Part shown: piece after piece, positions 7,409 to 16,908 of the stretch
Layout of the letters: each line of letters opens with the position of its first letter
How positions within the stretch are numbered: position 1 is the stretch's first letter
NCBI GenBank assembly: GCA_045114665.1
Contig: JBGUKW010000076.1
Coordinates: 1-44,046, forward strand
Source: Candidatus Xenobia bacterium
Lineage (GTDB): Bacteria; Vulcanimicrobiota; CADAWZ01
Direction of reading: 5' to 3'
Length of the DNA stretch: 44,046 bases
The notes under the pieces: model-generated
The model's database searches: none
Seen by the model: the letters and a program-made list of their open reading frames with translations, nothing else
What the model was told of the DNA's origin: nothing
Translations under genes and position numbers: made by a program

Positions 7409-7788
7409 CTAAATCGTTTTGTTAATTGATTTAAAAAAAAATAAGTAAATAAAAAGTTACTATAAACTATCCAATATATTCCTGTACACTACCACTTTGT
7501 CATTGCGAGGCGTAGCCGTGGCAATCTAAGCCTGTAAATTATTATTTACTTAAAAATAAAGTAAATCACTTATATCGTAGAATGAGATTCTTGATCTACT
7601 AAATAAATTATTAAATTTAAATTAAGCCTTTGAGATTGCCACGGTCACTCCCTCCTTGTGAGGGTAATTTTTTAAAAACTCTAAAGAGTTTTTAACTATT
7701 TGTGGAGCTACCTCGCAATTACATCGCCTCTAAATAGAAGCTATCTATGTGTATTTAAAAATATTAATCAATTAGCACGACCAGTTAA
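7409..7788 (-). mobile_element. MITE-like element, copy B (longest copy)
   Basis: Inner inverted repeats are GTCATTGCGAGG (7499-7510) / CCTCGCAATTAC and GCCGTGGCAATCT / AGATTGCCACGGT. Terminal repeats resemble those of copy C. The right-end TTAA (7785-7788) contains the stop codon of gene 7785..9539. Confidence 0.7.
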
Positions 7789-9539
7789 CCTATTGTTTCT
7801 ATAGGTGTTTCTTTCTGTCTTAATTCATACATTTTATTATAGAGATAATCACTTACTGAGACTTTATATGGAGTTGGATTTAATGTCCTCAGGTGATCTT
7901 CTCTCCAAGATGATAACTGCTTCAAACAGTAATCCCTTGTTTTTCCTAATGGTTCTTCTGAAATTGTTCTCTTTCCATCCCAAACACAATAATGTAATGG
8001 TTCAACTTTTTCAGGAATTACATAAACTCTCTTTTCTGGATTTAATGGATGGCGACAGAGGATTTTTTCACCTTTCTTTGGAGGTTCTTCATCATCACTT
8101 ATCATTAAATCGAGTATTGGATAACCTTCTTTCCCATAGAGCCTGTAAGGTGTTTTTCTCCCTGGTAATGTCATCTTTCCAACTTCTTGAGAAATTTTTA
8201 TCCTTGGCTGTCCATTAAATTCAACGAGTTTATATACACCACCCAATGCAGGTTGACCATTACATGTTACAAGATGTGTACCAATTCCAAATGAATTTAT
8301 CTCATGATGTTGATTGTTTAGTGAATCTATTGTTGACTCATCAATATCATTACTTGCAACTATTAAGAGTTTTGAAAAATTATTTGAATATTTTTTGCCT
8401 ATATCTGTAAAGAATTTTCTTATTTCTTTTGAATAATATGCTAAATCGCCTGAATCTATTCTTATTCCCAAAGGCTTATATCCTATTGAATTTAAGGCAA
8501 GTGCAACAGACATGAAGTTAGGGATTCCTGATTTCATTATGTCATAAGTATCTGCAAGGGCCAAAAATTCTGAAGGGAATGCCATTGCGTAAGAAATAAA
8601 GGCTGCTAATTCTCCTTCATTTGTAGATATATATCCTAATTCCGAGCGGAATTTTAATGCGAGTTCTTTTATATCATGCTCATTTCCTTTTGAATCTTTG
8701 AGAACAGTGTTTTTGAGTTCATCAAGAGAAGTAAATGATGATACAAATGAATGTGCATGTGTTCCACTGATTGGAATTCCAAATGTTTTTCCGACTATTA
8801 CATTACTTGTTGAATTAAATCCACCTATGTATGAATATCTTGAAGCAGAAACTCCACCATCTGGACCTTGAGCTCTTCTAAGTCCAAATTCCATCAAGTT
8901 TTTGTCTTTTCCAGCTGCAAGTCTCATTCGGGCAGCTTTTGTTGCAACAAGGCATGGATAATTGATTAGAGTTAAAATGGGTGTTTCAAGAAGTTGTGCT
9001 ATTGCAATAGGACCTTCAACTCTTATTAGTGGAAGCCTTGGAAATACGAGAGAACCCTCTCTGAATGCCTTTATTTTTATTTTTGAGCAATCTATTGATT
9101 TTAGCCATGTAAAAAATTCATTTTCACAGTGAGCCATTGGTGCTTTTACTTTTGAATTTCTCTTTGGTTGTTTTACAGGAATCCATTTGGGAGATTCATC
9201 TTCTGTAAATACATACTGTTCATAGCCATTTTCTGTTTTTCTTATTAAACCATCTTCTAAAGCTCTGTTAAATTGCTTTTCAAGATTTTCTTCAGTTTGT
9301 TGTACACCATTTTTTAGATATTCTATATCAGATTTTGTAAATCTAAAATTTGATACCATTCTGAGAACTTCTTCAAGTCCTGCAAAAAGTGTAAATTCTC
9401 CGCCAAATGGATTTTTTCTGAAAAATAAATCAAAAACGGCTGGTTCATCCTGTCTGCCACTTTTCCAATAGGCATAGGCCATGGTTAATTGGTAGTAATC
9501 GGTTAACATTGGACCAACTAAATTATTTGTTGGAAGCAT
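7785..9539 (-). CDS. pncB: Nicotinate phosphoribosyltransferase (long, eukaryote-like form)
   Basis: 584 aa. N-terminus LTDYYQLTMAYAYWKSGR...AVFDLFFRKNPFGGEF. The motifs GLRRAQGPDG and HSFV are present. It carries an insertion of about 60 aa after residue 75. Confidence 0.85.
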   Translation of the reverse strand: MLPTNNLVGPMLTDYYQLTMAYAYWKSGRQDEPAVFDLFFRKNPFGGEFTLFAGLEEVLRMVSNFRFTKSDIEYLKNGVQQTEENLEKQFNRALEDGLIRKTENGYEQYVFTEDESPKWIPVKQPKRNSKVKAPMAHCENEFFTWLKSIDCSKIKIKAFREGSLVFPRLPLIRVEGPIAIAQLLETPILTLINYPCLVATKAARMRLAAGKDKNLMEFGLRRAQGPDGGVSASRYSYIGGFNSTSNVIVGKTFGIPISGTHAHSFVSSFTSLDELKNTVLKDSKGNEHDIKELALKFRSELGYISTNEGELAAFISYAMAFPSEFLALADTYDIMKSGIPNFMSVALALNSIGYKPLGIRIDSGDLAYYSKEIRKFFTDIGKKYSNNFSKLLIVASNDIDESTIDSLNNQHHEINSFGIGTHLVTCNGQPALGGVYKLVEFNGQPRIKISQEVGKMTLPGRKTPYRLYGKEGYPILDLMISDDEEPPKKGEKILCRHPLNPEKRVYVIPEKVEPLHYCVWDGKRTISEEPLGKTRDYCLKQLSSWREDHLRTLNPTPYKVSVSDYLYNKMYELRQKETPIETIG

Positions 9540-9555
9540 TTTTTTTACCTCGATT

Positions 9556-9927
9556 CTACATTGATATTGAATTTGAAAGTACAGATATGTCTGATTTTAA
9601 TTGAGAAAGTCTATCAGCTGTAGCTGTTATAGTGGAATATCCCTTCTGAAATTTCGTCATGTTATTTAGAAGGAGGGCTGAATCAACAATTCTTATTCCT
9701 CTGTCCATATCTTCGTAAATGGATTTGAATTTTTCATGTTGATCAGATATTTTTTTTGAATCTTCATTGAAATATAGGGCAGGTGATACTGCTTTTTCAA
9801 ATTCTTTGTTTATCGAGTCCATGCTCGATTTAAATTCGGAAAAAAAAGCCTCGAATTCTTCTTTGGTTATTTTTCCGTCCAAAAATTTTTTGCCTTCAGT
9901 TGTGAAGGTTCTCCTCTCATTATTCAT
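9556..9927 (-). CDS. Hypothetical helical protein
   Basis: 123-aa ORF immediately upstream of pncB on the same strand. No recognisable motif. Confidence 0.5.
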   Translation of the reverse strand: MNNERRTFTTEGKKFLDGKITKEEFEAFFSEFKSSMDSINKEFEKAVSPALYFNEDSKKISDQHEKFKSIYEDMDRGIRIVDSALLLNNMTKFQKGYSTITATADRLSQLKSDISVLSNSISM

Positions 9928-10149
9928 GTTGCCGTCCTTTTTTTCTTAGTCTTGCGTGGAATAGAAGAAAATAAAACAAATTATTTAGTTCCCAAGTTAA
10001 TAATTCGCAAGATATAGAAAAAGTTTTAATATATATCAATCTTTCTGCAAACAAATTATTTATACCTTTTCACTATTGAAAGGGGATAAGTTTATTTTAA
10101 CGAATAGTTATATATTTGATGATACTTATAGCTAAAGGAGGTTTTTTTT

Positions 10150-10641
10150 ATGAAAAATATCGTATTTTTGATTTCGTTGGCTGTTTTTTTATTTTTGCCA
10201 TTGAAAGAATCTTCTTTGTTTGCTCAGGCTCCATTCAATTTGGATACTTTACCTACAAATCCAAATAATGTGAATAGAAATATTTATCGCAAATTGACTC
10301 CTGAAGAAGCACAGAGTGGAGAAGACCCAGAATACTATACCCAAGGTGGTGAATTGCCTTTTGACAAAAATGGCATGAGGGAATTTGAAGGCTTTATATA
10401 TGAAATAAATGATAAAGTTTCTCCTGTTGAATTTAAAATTCATACATCACACAATGGAACAATAAAAGCAAAACTTGCAAGGAATACCAATTATATTCCT
10501 TCTTCATCTGCTTTTAAAGACGGAGCTTATGCAATAATAAAGCAATACAGAAATTTAAATGCCAATTCAATTGAGATTCCAGCAATTTGGGATGCAAAGA
10601 AAAGGTCTGGTTGGCATGAATTTGATGGAGCATTGAAATAG
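10150..10641 (+). CDS. Secreted hypothetical protein
   Basis: 163 aa. Strong RBS (AAAGGAGG) and a signal peptide MKNIVFLISLAVFLFLPLKESSLFAQA. Confidence 0.65.
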   Translation: MKNIVFLISLAVFLFLPLKESSLFAQAPFNLDTLPTNPNNVNRNIYRKLTPEEAQSGEDPEYYTQGGELPFDKNGMREFEGFIYEINDKVSPVEFKIHTSHNGTIKAKLARNTNYIPSSSAFKDGAYAIIKQYRNLNANSIEIPAIWDAKKRSGWHEFDGALK

Positions 10642-10659
10642 TTTAGTTAGAGGTTTTTT

Positions 10660-11829
10660 ATGATTGGGAATATATTTGGCATAATTGTAGTTTTTCTTTG
10701 TTTTGGATTTATAATTTTTATACATGAATTGGGTCATTTTTTGATGGCAAGACGAGTTGGAGTAAAGGTTTTGGAATTTGCTCTTGGTTTTGGACCTAAA
10801 TTGTGGTCTAAAAAAGATGAAAAAACAGGTACTCTCTATGCTTTGAGGGCTTTTCCTTTTGGTGGCTTTGTGTCTATGGAAGGAGAGGAAATAAAAGATG
10901 GAGAGAAAGTCAATCCAGACGATCCAACTAATTTCCAAAATAAAACGAGATGGGAGAGAATGCAGGTAATCGCTGCAGGTCCATTGATGAACTACATATC
11001 TGCCATTTTGATTTTTATATTTGTTGGCTTTGCTTTTGGTGTTGGTGAGATGTATCTTAAACCAAAAGTTGGAAAAGTTCTTGAAAATTCACCTGCAAGT
11101 AAGATTGGATTAAAAGAGGGAGATTTTATAACTTCTATAAATGGCACTAAGGTTACAGATGCCATGGAAATGATCAATTTAATCCATAAATATCCTGCTA
11201 AACCCATAGATGTAACATATACAAGAGATGGAAAAGAATATTCAGCTTCTGTTGAAACTATGGTAAGGGAATTTCAAATAGAAGATGATAAGCAGGCTGA
11301 TGGATTAAAAGTCATTGAAAAAGACGGTAAAAAATATGTACAAATGGGTCTTTTGGGTTTTCAACCAGATACAAAGTCTCTTGACATAAGATTTAAAAGA
11401 GTCCCTGCAGGTGCTGTTTTTAAAGATTGTTTTGATAAAACTTGGAAGTTTACAATATCTCCATTTGTTGCTGTAGCCATGATCTGTAAAGGTCAAGTTA
11501 AATCAAAAGAAGTGATAGAAGGTTCTTCTGGTCCTGTTGGTATCGGTCAGATGTTTTTTGAAATGTATAACAAGGGATTTCCTGCACTTATATTTTTCAT
11601 TGCTATAATAAATGTTTTGATCGGAGTCTTTAATTTGATTCCATTCCCTGCACTTGATGGTTCAAAGATTTTGACACTTGGAATTGCAGCAATTATTGGA
11701 AAAGATTTTGATCCTGAAAAGGAAAACATGGTTCACACAATAGGATTTATAATTTTACTTGTAGCAGTTGTTTTCTTTACTTACAATGATATACTTAGAC
11801 TTGTAAAGGGAATTTCTTTCTTTAAATAA
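10660..11829 (+). CDS. rseP: RIP (site-2) zinc metalloprotease RseP
   Basis: HELGH sits in the first TM segment. There is a central PDZ-like segment and a C-terminal NLIPFPALDG motif. Confidence 0.9.
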   Translation: MIGNIFGIIVVFLCFGFIIFIHELGHFLMARRVGVKVLEFALGFGPKLWSKKDEKTGTLYALRAFPFGGFVSMEGEEIKDGEKVNPDDPTNFQNKTRWERMQVIAAGPLMNYISAILIFIFVGFAFGVGEMYLKPKVGKVLENSPASKIGLKEGDFITSINGTKVTDAMEMINLIHKYPAKPIDVTYTRDGKEYSASVETMVREFQIEDDKQADGLKVIEKDGKKYVQMGLLGFQPDTKSLDIRFKRVPAGAVFKDCFDKTWKFTISPFVAVAMICKGQVKSKEVIEGSSGPVGIGQMFFEMYNKGFPALIFFIAIINVLIGVFNLIPFPALDGSKILTLGIAAIIGKDFDPEKENMVHTIGFIILLVAVVFFTYNDILRLVKGISFFK

Positions 11830-11841
11830 TGGAAAAAAAAT

Positions 11842-12891
11842 ATGAATAGAAGAAAAACGAGAAAAGTTTATGCAGGAAAATTGGCAATAGGTGGGGATTC
11901 TCCTATATCTGTTCAAACCATGACTAATATTCCTTTTGCCGATATTGAAGCAACTATTGATCAAATTTATGAGATAGCAGAAGCAGGTGGAGAGCTTGTA
12001 CGAATAGCAGTTCCAAATATTGAATTTGCAAAAAAGATTTCAAAAATTGTTGAGAAATCTCCAATTCCTGTTTCTGCAGATATACATTTTGATGAGAGGA
12101 TCGCTCTTGAAGCTTTGAATTCTGGTGTTGACAAACTCAGATTGAATCCTGGCAATTTGATTCACAAAGAGAGATTGCCTGAAATTGCAAAACTTGCATC
12201 TCAAAGACATGTTCCAATTAGAATTGGAGTAAATGAGGGTTCTCTCGATAAAAATCTTTTAAAAAAATACGGTTCTCCTACTGCTGAGGCTCTTGTTGAA
12301 AGTGCTTTAAATGAGGTAAAAATTTTTGAAGAAATTGGCTTTTTTGATTTGGTGATTTCTGTAAAAACTTTTTCGCTTCCACTTATGATTGAAGTTCATA
12401 AAATTTTATCTAAAAAAACAGATTATCCACTTCATATAGGAGTTACTGAAGCAGGCATTCCATATACTGGAATTATAAGATCTTCTGCAGGAATAGGTGC
12501 TTTATTACTTGCAGGAATAGGTGATACAATAAGAGTTTCGCTCACTGGTTCTCCTGTTGAAGAAGTAAGAGCTGGTTGGGAAATTTTAAAATCAACTGAA
12601 TCGAGAAAAAGAGGGGTAACTGTTATTTCATGCCCTTGTTGTGGCAGAACTGCCATAGATGTAAAGAGTTTGGCAGAAAAAGTTACAAAAGAACTTGAAA
12701 ATTATTCAAATCCTATTGTTGTTGCTGTTATGGGCTGTGCTGTAAATGGTCCAGGAGAGGCAAGGCTTGCAGATGTTGGAATTGCTGGTGGAAGAGGAGA
12801 GGGAATCATTTTTAAAAAAGGTGAAATTATAAAGAAAGTTCCAGAAGATAAACTTTTTGAATCGTTGATGAAAGAAATTGAAGATATTTAA
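11842..12891 (+). CDS. ispG: 4-hydroxy-3-methylbut-2-en-1-yl diphosphate synthase
   Basis: RKTRKVYAGKLAIGGDSPISVQTMT at the N-terminus. Fe-S cysteines are present in SCPCCGR and GCAVNGPGE. Confidence 0.92.
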   Translation: MNRRKTRKVYAGKLAIGGDSPISVQTMTNIPFADIEATIDQIYEIAEAGGELVRIAVPNIEFAKKISKIVEKSPIPVSADIHFDERIALEALNSGVDKLRLNPGNLIHKERLPEIAKLASQRHVPIRIGVNEGSLDKNLLKKYGSPTAEALVESALNEVKIFEEIGFFDLVISVKTFSLPLMIEVHKILSKKTDYPLHIGVTEAGIPYTGIIRSSAGIGALLLAGIGDTIRVSLTGSPVEEVRAGWEILKSTESRKRGVTVISCPCCGRTAIDVKSLAEKVTKELENYSNPIVVAVMGCAVNGPGEARLADVGIAGGRGEGIIFKKGEIIKKVPEDKLFESLMKEIEDI

Positions 12892-12923
12892 TTTTTTAAA
12901 AATGATTGCTGTATGGGGACAAT

Positions 12924-13934
12924 ATGAAAACTGAAATTTTGAATTCACAAAATGAAGAAGATTTTGAAAAAGCTGTTTCTATTTTAAAAAGTGGTGGAAT
13001 TTTAGCATTTCCAACAGAGACAGTTTTTGGCATTGGTGCGGATATGAACAATAAATCCGCAGTAAAAAGAATATATGAAATAAAAGAGAGGAATTTTTCA
13101 AAACCTCTTTCACTTCATGTTGCAAATTTAGAAGTTGCAAAGCCTTATATTAAAAATATTCCAGATGATGCTTATATTTTGGAAAAGAATTATCTTCCTG
13201 GACCATTGATGATGATTTTTGATAAAACAGATTTAGTTCCAAATTATGTTACAGCAAATTTACATAAAGTTGGAATTAGAGTTCCTTCAAATGATATATT
13301 TAAAGAGATTGCAAATAGATTTGATGGAATTATTGTTGCAACAAGTGCCAATAAGTCTGGGGCATTTCCTGCTTCTTCTTTAGAGCAGGTTTTGAAATCA
13401 CTCGACGGTTCAATTGAGGCTGTATTTGATAATGATTCAGTCATAACAGGGCTTGCTTCAACTGTTCTTGATTTAACAACAAAACCTTATAGAGTTATTA
13501 GGTCTGGATTTATAACAGGAGAAGATATTTCAGAATTACTTGGAAAGCAGGTATTGCTTTCAGATGATGGTGATATTTCTGGAACTATAAAACAACTATC
13601 TAAATTAAATATAATTGTTGTTGAGGGTATGAGAGATAATGTTCTAAATAAAATTAAAGAACTTTATGAGAAATGTTCAAAAGAACATGAAGATAAAGTT
13701 GGTGTTCTTTTGGCTGATGGAAGTGAAGAGAAAACTGGAATTTTAAAACATACCAAATTTTTGGGTTCAGTTAATGAACTTGATCACATTGTAGAAAGTT
13801 TCTTTGCTTGTATCAGAGCTTTCGAAAATGAGAAGATGGATATAGTTATTGTCGAAGGAATAAGTCGTGAAGACAGAGGTTGGGCAGTAATGGATAGAAT
13901 TTGTTCCTATGCTTCAGAAGTAATCTCTGTTTAA
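12924..13934 (+). CDS. tsaC: L-threonylcarbamoyladenylate synthase (YrdC domain plus Sua5 C-terminal domain)
   Basis: Motifs AFPTETVFGIGAD, IYEIKERNFSKPLSLHV and SANKSG, plus a C-terminal domain of about 130 aa. ATG at 12924 is preferred over the TTG at 12906. Confidence 0.85.
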   Translation: MKTEILNSQNEEDFEKAVSILKSGGILAFPTETVFGIGADMNNKSAVKRIYEIKERNFSKPLSLHVANLEVAKPYIKNIPDDAYILEKNYLPGPLMMIFDKTDLVPNYVTANLHKVGIRVPSNDIFKEIANRFDGIIVATSANKSGAFPASSLEQVLKSLDGSIEAVFDNDSVITGLASTVLDLTTKPYRVIRSGFITGEDISELLGKQVLLSDDGDISGTIKQLSKLNIIVVEGMRDNVLNKIKELYEKCSKEHEDKVGVLLADGSEEKTGILKHTKFLGSVNELDHIVESFFACIRAFENEKMDIVIVEGISREDRGWAVMDRICSYASEVISV

Positions 13935-13960
13935 AAAATATTTTTTTAAGGAGAAAAAAA

Positions 13961-14380
13961 ATGGCTAAAAGTGAAAAAAACGATGAAAAAAATATCCCTA
14001 GTGCACTTGAAATGACAAAAGACATAACAGTTGCATGGTTAAATGCCTACAAAACAGACCTTTCAATAAGAAGACAGAGAGGGGTTGTTCCGTTATTCAC
14101 CCCAACAAATGACGAAGTAGCCGAATTTATTGCCGAAACATATAAAATGGTAAAAGATATCGCTGACGGAAAAGAGATTGTTTTGCCTTCAGAAAAAGAG
14201 AAAGAACAGCAAACTATTGAAGCAAATAAATTTCCAAAACTCGATCTTCCAATAGCTGATGTCAAGAAAAATCCTGCACTTGATTTGTCATCACTTCCAA
14301 AGGCAGATAGTTCAGATGTTCTAAAACATCTCGAATTAGAAACAGAAGTTAAACCAGCAAAAAAAGGTTCTAAAAAATAA
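13961..14380 (+). CDS. Hypothetical K/E-rich protein
   Basis: AAGGAG RBS 8 nt before ATG 13961. The tracked 13901 start overlaps the end of sua5 and lacks an RBS. Confidence 0.55.
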   Translation: MAKSEKNDEKNIPSALEMTKDITVAWLNAYKTDLSIRRQRGVVPLFTPTNDEVAEFIAETYKMVKDIADGKEIVLPSEKEKEQQTIEANKFPKLDLPIADVKKNPALDLSSLPKADSSDVLKHLELETEVKPAKKGSKK

Positions 14381-14920
14381 ATGGGAAATGTAAAACCTGT
14401 TGCAAAGGTAAAACTTTTTGTCGCAATGCTTTCTCCAAATATTGAACTTTTTGACAAGGCAATACCTTATCTTGAAAAAGAGTTTGGAAAAGTTGATTCT
14501 GAAAGTGATATTATTCCTTTTGCATATACAGAATTTTATGAAAAAGAAATGGGGAAAGGAATAATGAGAAAATTTTATTCCTTTTCCCAACTAATAGATC
14601 CAATGGATTTATCTGAAATAAAGATAAAGACTAATTCTATTGAGAAAGATTTTTTTACTGTTGATGGAAATAGGACAATAAATCTCGATCCAGGTTATAT
14701 TGCTCTTTCGAAGTTAGTTCTTGCTTCTGTAAAAGAGAGACCACATAGGATTTGTATTGGAAATGGGATTTTTGCAGAAATAACACTTTATTTTGAAAAA
14801 AAGAGTTTTAGGGCTTGGGAGAGGACATATCCTGACTATGCTTCACAGGAATATATTTCTTACTTAAATAAAGTCAGAAATATATATGCAGAAAATTTAA
14901 AAGAAAATAAAAATTTTTAG
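14381..14920 (+). CDS. DUF4416 family protein
   Basis: 179 aa. The pattern KLF.A.L.......A...LE..FG..D..S....F..T.YYE.EMG...RKF.SF and NLDPGY..L.KLVLAS.K matches my memory of this family. Confidence 0.6.
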   Translation: MGNVKPVAKVKLFVAMLSPNIELFDKAIPYLEKEFGKVDSESDIIPFAYTEFYEKEMGKGIMRKFYSFSQLIDPMDLSEIKIKTNSIEKDFFTVDGNRTINLDPGYIALSKLVLASVKERPHRICIGNGIFAEITLYFEKKSFRAWERTYPDYASQEYISYLNKVRNIYAENLKENKNF

Positions 14921-14950
14921 TTTTTATATAAGATATAGGGAAAATAAGAA

Positions 14951-15592
14951 ATGTTTTTTGATAGACAAAGACAGATTGAAAATCTATTAAAAAAATATAT
15001 AGACTTATTGAGAGAATCTGTTGATTCATTTGAAAGGGGGATTTCTCTTTTTATTTCAGAGGGATTGTCTGAAGAATTCCAAAAATATGCACATCAAACA
15101 CATAAATTTGAATCTGAAATGGATTCAATAAGACATGATATTGCTTATGAAATGTATTCAAAGACAATTTTACCTGAGTCAAGAGGTGATATACTTCGCA
15201 TATTGGAATTGGCGGATAAAATACCTGGTTGTATGCAGTCTGTAATGTTTGATTTAAGTATTGGTTCTATTGATCTTCCAGATTATATTTTGGAAGATTT
15301 TAAATTATTGATAGAAAATTCTTGTATAGCTGTTAGAAATGTTTCTGATTGTTTTTTAAGTATTTTTTCTGATAAAAATAAAGTTTTGAAATTGGCAAAA
15401 GAAACAGATAGAGATGAAAGTAAATGTGATAGTTTTCAGCATAGTATTTTGTCTGCTATTTTTAAAAATTCATCTGATATTGGATTTAATGTTTTGATAA
15501 AACTTTTTATTGAAAAAGTTGGCGATATTAGTAATTGTTCTGAAAAAGTTTCTGATCAGGCTATCATAATAAGTGTAAAGGGGCAGATATAG
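14951..15592 (+). CDS. DUF47/TIGR00153 PhoU-like phosphate-transport regulator
   Basis: 213-aa helical protein directly upstream of a PiT transporter, which is a conserved pairing. Confidence 0.7.
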   Translation: MFFDRQRQIENLLKKYIDLLRESVDSFERGISLFISEGLSEEFQKYAHQTHKFESEMDSIRHDIAYEMYSKTILPESRGDILRILELADKIPGCMQSVMFDLSIGSIDLPDYILEDFKLLIENSCIAVRNVSDCFLSIFSDKNKVLKLAKETDRDESKCDSFQHSILSAIFKNSSDIGFNVLIKLFIEKVGDISNCSEKVSDQAIIISVKGQI

Positions 15593-15595
15593 TAG

Positions 15596-16549
15596 TTGTT
15601 TACTCCGTTTCATTTTCTTGGTGGAGCTTTTTTAGGTTGGTCTATAGGTGGTATGGATTTTGCAGCTCTTTTTGGAGCAGCAATTTCTGCTAAAATGGTT
15701 AGATATTGGCATGGTGTTATTTTTGCCTGTATTTTTTGTATTTTGGGCTGTCTTATTCAAGGTGGTCAAGGAATTGAAACAATAAGTAAACTTACTACAC
15801 AAAGTATAAATACTGCACTTATTTCTTCTATTGCAGCAGCTTGTGCTATAACGATTTTAAATATTTTTAAACTTCCAGTTCCTACATCTCAAGCAGTTGT
15901 CGGTGGGATTGCAGGAATAGCAATCATGACTGGAAATTTTCAAATAGGCTCATTTGCAAAAGTTATTTCCTGTTGGATTGCCACTCCTATAACTGGTTTT
16001 GTTCTTGCTATTCCAATTTATTTAATATTAGGAACGATTATAAATCGTTTTAATTTTAATATTTTTCAAAGAGATGTTTTTTATAGGATTAGTCTTATAT
16101 TAGTTGGTTGTTATGCCTCTTATGCAATGGGGGCAAATACTGTTGCAAATGTAGGAGCTGTTTTTGTTGGTGCTAAAGTAATGAATTCTTTTCAGGCTGC
16201 TCTGTTTGGTGGTATTTTTATATTGATTGGAATTATTACATTTAGTAAGAGAGTTATTGGAACTGTTGGAAGTGGAATAATTAAACTTGATGCGTTTTCT
16301 TCACTCTCTGCTGTTTTGACAGAAGCGATTACAGCTCATTTTTTTGCTTGTATAGGTGTACCTGTTTCTATGACTCAAGCTCTCATTGGTGCCATAGTTG
16401 GAATAGGGATTGTAAGGGGATTTAAGTCAATAAGAGTTGGAAATTTGTGGCGTATATTGGCAGGGTGGATTATAATGCCTATTTTTGCATGTATAATGTG
16501 TTTAATTATTTATTCACTTGTTAAATATATTTGGCCAATGTGGATATAA
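15596..16549 (+). CDS. Inorganic phosphate transporter, PiT (PHO4) family
   Basis: Polytopic, 317 aa. The two-fold repeated family motif is present as GGMDFAALFG and MGANTVANVG. TTG start. Confidence 0.8.
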   Translation: MFTPFHFLGGAFLGWSIGGMDFAALFGAAISAKMVRYWHGVIFACIFCILGCLIQGGQGIETISKLTTQSINTALISSIAAACAITILNIFKLPVPTSQAVVGGIAGIAIMTGNFQIGSFAKVISCWIATPITGFVLAIPIYLILGTIINRFNFNIFQRDVFYRISLILVGCYASYAMGANTVANVGAVFVGAKVMNSFQAALFGGIFILIGIITFSKRVIGTVGSGIIKLDAFSSLSAVLTEAITAHFFACIGVPVSMTQALIGAIVGIGIVRGFKSIRVGNLWRILAGWIIMPIFACIMCLIIYSLVKYIWPMWI

Positions 16550-16550
16550 A

Positions 16551-16847
16551 TTAACTCGTTGTGCTAATTAATTAATATTTTAAAATATACCAAAATAGTC
16601 ACTATTTAGAAGCGATGTCATTGCGAGGGAGCTGTGCGACCGTGGCAATCTCAACCACTTAATTTTAATTTAGCAATTTATTAAATAGATCATAATCTCA
16701 TTCTACGATAGAGGCGATCGACTCAATTTTTAAGTAAATTCTGAGCCTCGCAATGACAAACTGGCAGTGTACAGTCATATATTGGATAGTTTATAGCAAC
16801 TTTTTATTTACTTATTTTTAAAAAAATAACTAACACAACGAGTTAAC
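16551..16847 (+). mobile_element. MITE-like element, copy C (best-preserved termini)
   Basis: Terminal inverted repeats are TTAACTCGTTGTGCTAATTAA (left) and TTAACTCGTTGTGTTAGTTAT (reverse complement of the right end): 13/13 then 5/8 identical. The element starts 1 nt after the PiT stop codon. Confidence 0.75.
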
Positions 16848-16908
16848 TTTGTGATAAAATAGGCATTATAATCTTGAGGATGGAAGACTTAGGACTGAAG
16901 AGGTTTGT

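Noticed and set aside
13901-13960. Longer N-terminal extensions offered by the ORF track (13901; also 1222, 12906, 39167, 41143)
   Set aside because: In each case an internal ATG has a better-placed Shine-Dalgarno sequence, and the extension overlaps the upstream gene, a repeat or a promoter-like region. The choice of start remains uncertain.
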